Made by a program: the position numbers and the translations under genes
Assembly (NCBI GenBank): GCA_038087875.1
Contig: CM075990.1
Coordinates: 4,900,001-4,964,000 of the forward strand
DNA from: Malacoraja senta
Lineage: Eukaryota
Direction of reading: 5' to 3'
Length of the DNA: 64,000 bases
Notes under the pieces: model-generated
Told to the model about the DNA's origin: nothing
The model's database searches: none
Seen by the model: only the letters and a program-made list of their open reading frames with translations
In this document: in pieces, positions 38,259 through 49,599 of the stretch
Layout of the letters: each line of letters starts with the position of its first letter
How positions within the stretch are numbered: position 1 is the stretch's first letter

Positions 38259-39441
38259 AAAAGTGCTGGAGAAACTCAGCGGGTGCAGCAGCATCAATGG
38301 AGCGAAGGAAATAGGCAACGTTTCGGCCCAAAACGTTGCCTATTTCCTTCGCTCCATAGATGCTGCTGCACCCACTGAGTTTCTCCAGCACTTTTGTCTA
38401 CCCTCGTAAATGAGGGACTCAGAAACCCCTACATCAAGAAGCTGAGGAGGCAAGGCATTTGTTTAAGGCAGAGATGGTTCTGGGAGGAACCATGAGGACA
38501 TGAGGAGGGGGGGTGAAAGTCAAATTCAGTTTAGCCACGACCTAATGGAATGACAGAGCGAGCTCACGGCATTCCGTGCCACATATTTCTTATGTTCACT
38601 GCTCATTTATTTTGCAGAGGGGATCTACCAATTGCAACAGATCCTCCAAGTTTATCCCTAGACTGCCTTCTGATCTCCACCCAAGTTGAATGGAAAAAGG
38701 AATAATGGGAGGGTAGGGAGTGGAAATGTAGAAAGATAAATCCCAATTGCAAATCCTACCCACCAAAGTTCACTGTGGAAAAGGCATCAATCGCAGATTT
38801 AAGTGCAGGACTGATGTGACGGTGAAGCACACCATAGATGAATAGCCTTGCTCGTCTCTGTTAATGAATTGCTAGTTCGGGGAGGAATAACTAGTGGGGA
38901 AAGATACCGATGCAAATCTAGATTAGGTGTAGACACAAGGAACTGCAAATAGACACAAAGTTGTGAAGTAACTGAGCGGGTCAGGCAGTATCTCTAGAGT
39001 AAAAGGAGTGATAACTATACGGGTCGGGATCCTTCTTCAGACCCAAAGTGTCACCTATCCTTTTCCTCCAGAGATGCTGCCTGACCCACTGAGTTACTCC
39101 AGCACTTTGTGTGTCTATCTTTGGTATAAAACATCATCTGCAGTTCTTTGTTTCTCCAAAGAGGACAGATTGCTGGAGTAGCTCAGCAGGTCAGGTAGCA
39201 TCGCAGGCGAACATGGATAGACAACAATTCAGGTCGGGACCTTTCCTCCGACCTCTATCAATGTTCTCCTGAGATGCTGCCTAACCCACTGTGCTACTCC
39301 AGCACTCTATGCCTTCCTTAGATTGGGTGTGATGCCTCTGCTTTTACTAAAAAGAGAAAGGATCACAAATTAGCATTCTTGCAGCCTGCAGACTTGGATG
39401 GGATGTCTGCAAACTGGCTGATACATTCCAAACAGACTCAC

Positions 39442-39528
39442 GGTGTAATAGCCGAAGGATCCAGTAACGACAGCCATCCAGAAGAAGCTCGTCCTTTTGA
39501 AGTAAGTATCAGAGCCCTTAGCAGACAT
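39442..39528 (-). CDS. TMEM254: TMEM254 coding exon 1
   Basis: Encodes MSAKGSDTYFKRTSFFWMAVVTGSFGYYT, followed by a gtgagt donor; matches the TMEM254 N-terminus (TYF.R..LFW...T.SFGYYT). In-frame upstream ATGs at 39546 and 39561 make the true start uncertain. Confidence 0.9.
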
Positions 39529-40804
39529 TCTTTCCACTGGTTCCATACCGGCAGCTTGCATCTCAAACAACTACAACATTGTTCGGGAGTTGAAAGGTCA
39601 CTAGCTTCATTTCACTTCCTGTCTGATTTCTTAAAGGTAGACTGCCCGGTTAGACGAGAAACACAAATAACAGAACAGTTCAGTTACAAAGAAGGGTTAA
39701 TTAGCAAATCATAAAACCCTTTGCTCCATAGAATGAGATCTCTGAAGTAAGCCTAAAGTCATGAGTGTTTAAATGTCATTTGTACCAGAATCAGATTAAT
39801 TAAATTCTTACTTGCTGCAGCTTTACAAACCATCAACGCAATAACATTACACAAATAAATATACAATTATCAATAATACGTACAAAGAATTATCAGTAAT
39901 ACCATAATAGTGCATTATATAACTGACCTGCAAGTCTTGGGAGCAATGTGAGAGCTAGGATAAAGGCTGTCACAAGGCACGGATTATTTCAATGAATGAC
40001 TGCGTTTATTGTGAATTCTGTGGATCAATTGGCATTTGACCTAAATATTTCATTTCAGTAGGCATCTCGTGCCTTGATTGCATTTTAAATAAAATGTGGT
40101 AGAAATTCACAAATGCATTGCAGCTGGACAGAACATATTTGAACAAGAAATACATTTCTGTAGGAACTCAATGAATGTGAAGGGAATGAACAGATGGGAA
40201 TGGACTTTCAGTTTGCCCCCTTCCACCCATAACCCTTCCTGGTTTACATTTTCCTCCACTTATCTGACATCCTTTTGTCTGCATTACATTTCGATCCTTT
40301 GTCCACCCACCTGCCAAACAAACCCCCTCACCTGCATCCACCTATCACTTGTACCTCTGTGTCCCTACGCCCACACCTCAACATGTCCCGGGCCTGCCAT
40401 GGTGCAGTGTTCTTCTTCCATCGCCTCCACCTCCACGTCTTTTTCTACAGTAAGGAGTCCTCTTTGGAAGAAGGCTCTCTACCTAAATTGTCACTGATCC
40501 GTGTTCTCACGAGATGCTGCCTGACCTGCGAACTTACTCCAGCACTTTGTGTTCAATCAAATTATGCTGAGAGAATTAAAAGCTACAGCTGTCAACACAT
40601 TCTGTAGGAAGGAACTGCACATGCTGATAGATTCAGATTTCAGTCTAAAAAGGGGTATGAACCCAAAATGTCACTTATTCCTTCACTCCAGAGATGCTGC
40701 CTGTCCCGTTGAGTTACTCCAGCATTTTTTCTACCACATTCTGCACATTCATTGGTCATGAGGAAAAGAACTACCCACCGTTCATCCTATACCTGCTCTG
40801 AGTA

Positions 40805-41222
40805 CAGAAACATAGAAAATAGGTGCAGGAGTAGGCTATTCAGCCCTTCAAGCCAGCACCACCATTCAATATGATCATGGCTGATCATCCAAAATCAATA
40901 TCCCGTTCCTGCATTCTCCCTATATCCCTTGATTCTGTCTGAAGAAGGGTCTCCACCCGAAACGTCACCCATTCCATCTCTCCAGGGATGCTGCCTGTCC
41001 TGCTGAATTACTCCAGCATTTTGCATCTCCCTTGATTCTGTTAGCCCTAAGAGCTTTATCTAACTCTCTCTTGAAAATATCGTGAATTGGCCTCTATTGC
41101 CTTCTGTACAAGAGAATTCCACAGATTCACAACTCTCTGGGTGAAAAGGTTTTTTCCTCATCTCAGTCCTAAATGGCCCGCCCCTTATTCTTAAACTGTG
41201 ACCCCTGGCTCTGGACTACCCC
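40805..41222 (-). mobile_element. CR1 3' fragment interrupted by a short Penelope-derived element (40939-41028)
   Basis: CR1 3' UTR on -; CCCTTGATTCTGT is duplicated on both sides of the inner insert. Confidence 0.85.
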
Positions 41223-41588
41223 GAGCATCAGGAAGATCAGGGGGCCTTGGAGGGGAGGATGCTCATCAAATTGCGGAGCATCCTGGACAACACAGCTCAC
41301 CCCCTCCATGACACACTGGTAAACCTGGGGAGTACCTTCAGCAACAGTGTTTAAGTCGCAAAATGAATTCAGTCTGAATTCAAGTGTTCAGTCTGAAGAA
41401 GGGTTTTGGCCCGAAACGTTGCCTATTTCCTTCGCTCCATAGATGCTGCTGCACCCGCTGAGTTTCTCCAGCACTTTTGTCTACCTTCAGCAACAGACTG
41501 GTTCCACCAAGGTGCAGTACAAAACGCCACAGGAGATCGTTCTTCCCTGTGGATATCCCCTTTCTGTCTTGGGGTAGACTGAGACTAA

Positions 41589-42124
41589 AGGGCCTGTCCC
41601 ATTTGGGCGACATTATCGGCGGCAGCCTGAAAAGAGGTTGTTGCGGCGTGACGCGGAGTGACGCATGTAATGACGCGTGGTGTCTCCTTGCTGCCGCTGG
41701 ATTTTGGAATGTTCAAAATCTTTCCGCGACACCTGCGTGTCTTATCATGTCGTGCGCCCTGTCGCACGCTGATGTAGCCTGTCCTGTGGGTGACGCCCGG
41801 TGACGCAAGGTCATGAGCTCGGCTAATTCATTTTGCGACAGCCTGCGTCATCATACGTCATCATGCGTCAACCTGTTGTCCTCAGATGTCGTAGACAGTG
41901 GCGTAGTCTGTAGTATCTTGCCGTATTGTGTCGCGGGTGGACGTATGATGACATCGGCTGTTGCTGTTTGGCGTCTGTGTGGTCACAGGATGTCGTAGGT
42001 GCTGTTGTATACTGTCGAATGTTGTCGCTGCTGATGTCCTGGAAATTGTGACCGGCTGATGTAGATTGTCGCAGTCACTGACGCCCGCAGTCGCTGAAAA
42101 AAATCACAAAGTGGGACAGGCCCT
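41589..42124. mobile_element. PIF/Harbinger-type MITE (same TIR, different interior)
   Basis: TAA|AGGGCCTGTCCCA...TGGGACAGGCCCT|TGA. Confidence 0.8.
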
Positions 42125-42420
42125 TGACTCCCACCACCCCCCCCAACCCAAATCTTTGCACATCTCCAATCCTTTCCACTCGTCACTTTAATTTCATGTT
42201 TCAAGTATTTTTTGTTTTTATGAATGTTGGCAGTTCAATTTCCCTCCTGGGATAAATAAAGTTCTATCGTTACCGTATCTCCCCTAGTCCTCGTGTAAAC
42301 ATAACAGACGACATGGCCAGAGTGAGGACCACCGTAAATTGAAGGAGCAGCACCTCATATTTCACGTGGGCCAGTTTGCACCGTAGCGGTATGAACATTG
42401 ACTTCTCTAATTTCATCAAA

Positions 42421-43570
42421 ATGGTGAATTTTTGCACTGTAAAAAATTGTAGAAGTCGGGGTAAGTGTGAGAGACATGTACCCAACTTCAGAATTCCAAA
42501 AGTGAAGCGAAATGAAGGTAAAGAGAAGCGAGAGCTGAAGGGATATCAACAGCTAAAGTGCTTGGCGAACATTGGCCGTGCAGATATCAAAATTGAAAAT
42601 ATTGGGAATTATCGCGTTTGCTCACTGCATTTCAACAACAGTAAAGGGCCTGTCCCAGGGGCATGCGATTCCATGCGGCAAGCGCGACCTAACCGGAAGC
42701 GGGGGCCACGCGGAGGTCGAGTGAGCCCCGTACAGGGCCGGTCCCACCAGCATGCGGCAAGCGCTACCAAACCGGAAGCGGGGGCCACGCAGAGGTCGAG
42801 TGACGTCAAGACGGTGCGTATGGCGTAGAGGCGGTGCGCACGGCCATCGATGCGGCGCGCACGGCCTCAATGCGGCTGCGGGGCGGCAGGCCGTTGCCGC
42901 GTGTAATTTTTTAACAGTGTCAGTTTTTCGGAGCCCTACGCGATGTCGGGACCAGCTCCGCACAACTCCATACGGCTCCGGCGATCGAAGTGGGACTGGC
43001 CCCGCGACCTCCGCGCGGCCCCCGCTTCCGGTTAGGTCGCGCTTGCCGCATGGAGTCGCATGCCCGTGGGACAGGCCCTTTAGGCATTATTTGTGTTTTG
43101 TCTTGATCCTTTGGTATCTAAAAAGTCTCAGAAGTGATAAATCTGTCTGTAAAATTTTTAAATCAGCCATGGTTCTGAAGTGGGTTTTTACATGCAAAAA
43201 GAAAACGCTTCTGAAGCTAAATTTATCTGTCTGTCTGTCACCTCCCGGCGGCCGTGAGCAAACGCAGTGAGCAAACGGCCAATGTTCGCCAAGCACTTTG
43301 GCTGTTGTTGTCCCTTCAGCTCTCGCTTCTATCTACCGTCATTTCTCCTCACTTTTGGAATTCTGAAGTACGATAAATGTCTCTCACGCATCCCGATTTC
43401 CATAATTATTTACAGCGCAAAAATTGACCATTTCGGCGGGTTTTAACGGGCCCGCTACGCTGGAAACAATGGTCAGTTATTACCTGCAGTTCATCGCGTG
43501 TACTCCAGTTGGCGTAGCGTGGCAACGGTACATGTCATGGGTCGTGACCCGACTGCCGTGCAACCTCCCT
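42421..43570. mobile_element. Non-autonomous palindromic DNA transposon with THAP-domain-coding arms (possibly ISL2EU/PHIS group)
   Basis: 42421-42640 encodes MVNFCTVKNC...FRIPK...RVCSLHF (C2CH THAP signature). A diverged inverted copy lies at 43276-43431. The right end reads GTGCAACCTCCCT|AT. Confidence 0.65.
42645..43079. mobile_element. PIF/Harbinger-type MITE nested in the THAP-coding palindromic element
   Basis: TAA|AGGGCCTGTCCCA...TGGGACAGGCCCT|TTA, with roughly 70-bp extended inverted arms. Confidence 0.85.
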
Positions 43571-44039
43571 ATAGGTGACGTTTCGGGTCGAGACCCTTCT
43601 TCAGACTGAGAGTCAGGGGACAGGGATATAGACGGCGATGTAGAGAGATGTAGAACAAATAAATGAAAGATATGCAAAAAAAGTAACAATGATAAAGGAA
43701 ACAGGCAATTGTTAACTGTGGGCGAGGTGAAAACAAGTACAATGAGGCTTAACAAAACGATGTTGAAGCTGGTCCAATGACTTGGGTGAGGATGGAATGG
43801 AAAGACGAAGGGTTACAGCTTACAGTTAACAACGGCATGTTTCCTTTATCATCGTTACTTTTTTGCATATATTTAATTCATTGTTCTATATCTCTCTACA
43901 TCACCGTCCTTTCTCTCTCATTTCCCTTGACTCTCGGTCCGAAGAAGGGTTTTGAGACGAAACGCCACTTATTCCTTTTCTCCACAGATGCTGCCTGTCC
44001 CGCTGTGTTCTTCAGGGCGGTCCCCTTCCGAGTGGGTGG

Positions 44040-45191
44040 AGCGGGCCTGACGTCACGTGACGCCACACGGCGGGCGGAGCGGGTCTGACGTGACGCCACA
44101 TGACGGGCGGAGCGGGTCTGACGTGCCGCCACACGGCGGGCGGAGCGGGTCTGACGTGACGCCACACGGCGGGCGGAGCGGGTGTGACGTGGCGCCACTC
44201 GGCGGGCTGAGCGGGTCTGAGGTGACGCCACACGGCGCGCGTAGCGGTGACGCCACACGGCTGGCGGAGCGGGTCTGACGTGACGCCACATGGCGGGCGG
44301 AGCGGGTCTGACGTGACGCCAGATGGCGGGCGGAGCGGGCCTGATGTGACGCCACTCGGCGGGCGGAACGGGTGTGACGTGGCGCCACTTGGTGGGTGGA
44401 GCTGGTCTGACGTGACGCCACACAGCGGGCTGAGCGGGTCTGAGGTGACGCCACACGGCGCGCGTAGCGGGTCTGACGTGACGCCACTCGGCGGGCGGAA
44501 CGGTGTGACGCGACGCCACACGGCGGGCGGAGCTGGTGTGAGGCGACGCCACACGGCGGGCGGAGCGGGTGTGAGGCGACGCCACACGGCGGGCGGAGCG
44601 GGTGTGAGGCGACGCCACACGGCGGGCGGAGCGGGTGTGAGGCGACGCCACACGGCGGGCGGAGCGGGTGTGAGGCGACGCCACAAGGCGGGCGGAGCGG
44701 GTGTGAGGCGACGCCACACGGCGGGCGGAGCGGGTGTGAGGCGACGCCACACGGCGGGCGGAGCGGGTGTGAGGCGACGCCACACGGCGGGCGGAGCGGG
44801 TGTGAGGCGACGCCACAAGGTGGGCGGAGCGGGTGTGAGGCGACGCCACACGGCGGGCGGAGCGGGTGTGAGGCGACGCCACACGGCGGGCGGAGCGGGT
44901 GTGAGGCGACGCCACACGGCGGGCGGAGCGGGTGTGAGGCGACGCCACACGGCGGGCGGAGCGGGTGTGAGGCGACGCCACACGGCGGGCGGAGCGGGTG
45001 TGAGGCGACGCCACACGGCGGGCGGAGCGGGTGTGAGGCGACGCCACAAGGCGGGCGGAGCGGGTGTGAGGCGACGCCACACGGCGGGCGGAGCGGGTGT
45101 GAGGCGACGCCACACGGCGGGCGGAGCGGGTGTGAGGCGACGCCACACGGCGGGCGGAGCGGGTGTGAGGCGACGCCACACGGCGGGCGGA
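44040..45191. repeat. GC-rich 33-bp minisatellite (about 34 units) at the presumed CUEDC2 promoter / CpG island
   Basis: Unit GAGGCGACGCCACACGGCGGGCGGAGCGGGTGT, nearly invariant over about 44506-45191 (about 20 copies). Diverged TCTGACGTGACGCC variants occupy 44045-44505. Confidence 0.97.
44048..44061. promoter_or_regulatory. Overlapping CRE (TGACGTCA) and extended E-box (GTCACGTGAC)
   Basis: Exact consensus matches at 44048-44055 and 44052-44061 at the edge of the CpG island; function not shown. Confidence 0.45.
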
Positions 45192-45310
45192 GCCACCGTT
45201 GACGCCGGGTGCTGCTGCTGCTGCTGCTGCTGTTGGCGGCAGCTCAGCCTGGGCACGATTTGTAAACGGCTGCAGTCAACTTGGTGGGAAGCCTCGCCGC
45301 GGGGAACGGT
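45192..45310 (+). other. CUEDC2: Probable non-coding first exon of CUEDC2 (start position uncertain)
   Basis: CpG-rich segment right after the GC-box minisatellite, ending at a gtaagt donor (45311). Contains (CTG)7. The next exon carries 5'UTR sequence before the ATG. Confidence 0.55.
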
Positions 45311-45534
45311 GTAAGTGAGGCCACGGAGCTCGATGAATTGGTCGAGGGGAGGTGGGAGAGAGCTGCCCGGGAGGAGGGGGCGCTTCAACCGCGCGGAAAC
45401 CTCGGGGTTGGTGGGCAATGCCCGGGGACCGTGGAGAGGGAACCCTTCGTTCCCCCTCCCTCCCTCCCTCCCTCCCTCCATCCCACACTTGGGGGCATTG
45501 TTTTTGTCTTTGCACTATTATTTGTTTGTTTATA

Positions 45535-45547
45535 TATTATATATATA

Positions 45548-45596
<49 letters not shown>

Positions 45597-45656
45597 ATAT
45601 GCATATACATATATATACATACACAAACACATTATACAGAACACACACATTACACA

Positions 45657-45739
<83 letters not shown>

Positions 45740-45760
45740 CACAGAGAGACAGACAGACAC
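45535..45760. repeat. Compound microsatellite (TA)n/(TG)n/(GA)n
   Basis: Directly visible. Confidence 0.97.
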
Positions 45761-48700
45761 TAAATTCCAGGGAGATCCCTCCCCGTGCCCCGTCCTCACT
45801 CGGAATGGGGATAAGCTGGGAGTGTTTACACCGCAGAAAGGAGGTGGCGAGCGGCTACAGACCAGCCAGGCATTCATTGCAAAATATTAAACTGCTACAA
45901 GAAGTCAACGGGTCAGGCAGCATCTGTGGAGGGAATGGACAGTCTGGAGAAGGGTCCTCGCCTGAAATGACTGTCTATTTCCTCCACAGATACTGCCTGA
46001 CCCTGTGAGTTCCTCCAGTACTTTGTATTTTTATGGACTTTATTGTGTACTGAGCGTTTATCCTTTATCTGCACACTGTGGACGGTTTGGTTTATAATCG
46101 TGTGTAGTCTTGCTGACTGGATAGCACGCAAACAAAAGATTTTCACTGTACCTTGGTGCACGTGACAATAATAAACTAAACTAAACGTTGCTTAAGATTC
46201 CAGCACGTTGTGTCTTCAGGAATAAAAGCATTGTGGATAGACATAAAAAGCCGGAGTAACTCCGTAGCACAGCCAGCATCTCTGGAGAAAAGGAATGGGT
46301 GACGTTTCAGGTCTGTTACCCATTCCTTCTCTCCAGACGGGCTGCCTGTCTTGCTGAGTTACTCCAGTATTTTGTGTCTATCTTCGGTATAAACCAGCAT
46401 TGTACGCAGTCGTGGAATTCACAAACAGATAGACGCTCAAATTCACTGTTTAATCTGGGAAGAAGGCAAATGCATGGGGTGGATGGTGAAGGAGTTGACT
46501 GGATACTGGAAGCTGGGTGCTTCGGCTTATTAAAGAGCACATAAGTCTGAAGAAGGGTCCTGGCCTCAAATGTCATCTGTCCATTCCTTCCACAGATACT
46601 ACCTGACCAGCTGAGTTCCTCCAACACATTGTGTTTTGCTCAAGATTGCAGCATCTTGTGTCTTCAGGCAGTTAATCTTTGAACAAGTTAGAGTGTCAAA
46701 ATCAAATTGTCAGTTTCATCTGGGTGGGTGGAAAATGCATGGTTGAAGGGCTGATTAGGTACTGGACACTGAGTGCTATGATATATTAACGAGTAACTTG
46801 GGTAAAGTCTAAAGAAAGGTCCCAACCCAAAATGCCATCTGTCCATTCACTCCATTGTTGCTGCTTGCTTTGCTGAGTTCCTCCAGCACTTTATTTTTTT
46901 CCCCCTTAAGATTGAAGCATCAGCAGTTTCTTGAGTCTATAACTAGGATAAGTACCTGGAGAAAAAAAATCCGTTGGAACTTGGGGGAGGGGTGAGTTTG
47001 AGAGGTATCATCTGATTTAAGCATTTGATTCAGTTAAATGTTCACAAATGCCACCATGAAGAATGGATCTAAAAACAGCAACCTGGAATTAATGACATAT
47101 TCCAATGATGTTCCAAAAAAACTGAGACTGTGTATGTCTATTTCTAGCAATCTGATTGGTGGACCAGGTTGCTAATATATTATCCATGATGTGGTTACGG
47201 GGGACCAATCAGATGTGAGTACACTGCCCTCCATTTAAAAACTTCACTGAAAAGTAAGAAATTGAAGCAGCTGACATTTGTCATAGAAACTTTTTTTTAA
47301 TAAATGAATCTTACTCGTGAGTTAAAGCATAAGATTGGGGATTTGAGATTAAATTTGTTCAGCTACAAATGTGTCAGTAACATGAACTCTGACTGATGTT
47401 CCCTCATCTTTTGCTATCTTTGAGACCTTGTGTGCCTTAAGTCAGTATATGTTATTTTCTCTGGGCTGCAACTGGAGAAAAGTGAGATGTGATGTCTCCA
47501 GTGACTGCAGATGCACCAATGAAAGCATTCTATCGGGATGCATCAAAGCTTGTCCTGGCTGCACCTCTGCTCACAAACTGCAAGAAATTGCAGAGAGATG
47601 CGGATGTAGATCAGTCCATCACACATTCCAGCCTTCACGCCTCCCCAATCGACTCTATCTACACTTCACATTTCCTTGAGAATGCAGTCAACATAATCAA
47701 GGACCACTTGGGTCATTCCATCTGCTCCCCCTCTCTCGGGCAGTAGATACAGAAGCTTGATAAACGTATACCACCAGATTCAAGACCAACTTTTTCTTCA
47801 CCGTTACTGCTAAAGGTGTAGTCCTGATCTCTCAACCAACCTCGCTTCAGACCTCCCTCTTATTTATCTGCACTTTTCCTGGAACTGAATTGCTGTAACT
47901 CTAGATTCTGTACTGGTATTTTTCTATTTGCGCTACCTGTTGTACTTGTCTAATGACAGTTCTCATGTACAGTATGATTTAACCGGATAGCTTGCCAACA
48001 AGGTTTTTCACTGCATCTTGGTACCCATGACAATAATAAACCAATACCAATAACTCTCTGCTCTCAATATTGAGCTAACAGAAACAGAAAGCTCTCCGTT
48101 CCCTGTTTGGGATTTTATGATCACAAGTGAAGAATGATGGTCTGGCTACTTTGAAATCCATGCCACTGGCTTTGATCTTGACACCCAATCAAGTCATTTC
48201 TGCAGCCTTTGGTTTTACACCTCGTTGATTGGGTGATGTTCTCTGGAATGTGAAGGCTGTAAACTATTTGAAAAAGAAAAAAACAGGGAACCGGGACACA
48301 AGGAGAGAGATGTGCTCGATTTAAATAGAACTGTGGGAGATTAATCAATAGACACCAGTGTTTCTTGAACAGGAAATTCATTGGTCCATGGTTAATTCAT
48401 TTCACTCTCACCAAGTCAACATGTATTGTTGCTAGCATTCATGCTCAATGGCAAAGTATCAGGAAGAGATGACTTGAGAAAAGAAAAATGTTTGGTGATG
48501 TTAGCTCAAAATGACAATCCAGTAAACAGAAGGACAGGCAACCGTGATATGATGATAGGATTTAAACCACATGACCTTATTTTGGGGTTTGAGATATCCA
48601 AGTTCCGTTACAAAATTCACATTATATATGCAATACGTTTATTGGCAACAGTATTTATTTATCATGACTATTTCTGTGTTGCATTTACATATATTACTCT

Positions 48701-48868
48701 TTATAAATTATTTAAGAATAAGGGTCAAACTGTTGAAGTGAAGAAAGGTCATTATAATGGGGGATTAAGTTGATATTTAAAATCAGTCTCTTTCCCATTG
48801 CAGTGTGAAACTGTACCAGTGCTTTGTTTTTGCAGGTCGGACCTTGGTACTGTTCAGCCGTTGGTACC

Positions 48869-48942
48869 ATGGCATTGGAAAAACTTATCCATGATTCGTT
48901 GACAAAGTTTGTTCACTCGTACATCCCTGATGCTGATCTCAG
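48869..48942 (+). CDS. CUEDC2: CUEDC2 coding exon 1 (exon starts at 48836)
   Basis: Acceptor tttgtttttgcag, strong Kozak context ACCATGG, donor AG|gtgact. Encodes MALEKLIHDSLTKFVHSYIPDADL(S), matching the CUEDC2 N-terminus. Confidence 0.93.
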
Positions 48943-49599
48943 GTGACTAATAAAAGCACTGAAGAAGCTTCCATTTGTGATGACCCTATTCTAACTCTAG
49001 CGAATCACAGAGTGCTGGAAGAATTCAGCGAGTCAGGAAGTAACTGGGAAAGGAATGGACGGGCGACAGACTGATGAAGAGTCCCGATCTGAAACCGCTT
49101 TTCCATTCGCTCCGCGGATGCTGCCTGAGCCGCTGAGTTCACCCAGCACTTTGTGTTTTGCTCAAGATTCCAGCACCTGCAGTCTCTTGTGTCTCCACTC
49201 TTCTAACTACAGATTCCAGAGTATTTGCAGCCACTTACGTACTTTTGAAAATATATTTGTTGTTGGAAACTTAGCATCCAATGAACACTCGGCAAAGCCT
49301 CAGAAACAGCCAAGAAATAATGACTGGATGTTGAAAAGTTAATCGGGAGGTGGGGAGGGGGGTCATTGACAGGACAATGGAGAGAATTCTCTGCTGTTTA
49401 TAGGAACTTATGCATCCAGTTTAGTATTTTAATTTCGCAACTGAAAGATAGCATTATCAGATACTTGTACTTTATGTCATATTTCCTGTCATAAGTTTCA
49501 AGATAATGAAGCTAAAGGTGTAACACAACAATTAATTATTTGGTTAAATAAAGGCCTGCCAATACAGTAGACTTAAATTAATGAAAAATTTGGATTTTT

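Noticed and set aside
43896..45481. Long ORFs of 355-489 aa on both strands
   Set aside because: Products of a 33-bp (in-frame) GC-rich repeat with no stops; there is no independent coding signal.
45315..45890. ORFs with YI and ER repeats
   Set aside because: Translations of (TA)n and (GA)n microsatellites.
14700..48800. miR-146b, which neighbours CUEDC2 in human
   Set aside because: I did not find TGAGAACTGAATTCC or its reverse complement by eye; an exact search would be needed to exclude it fully.
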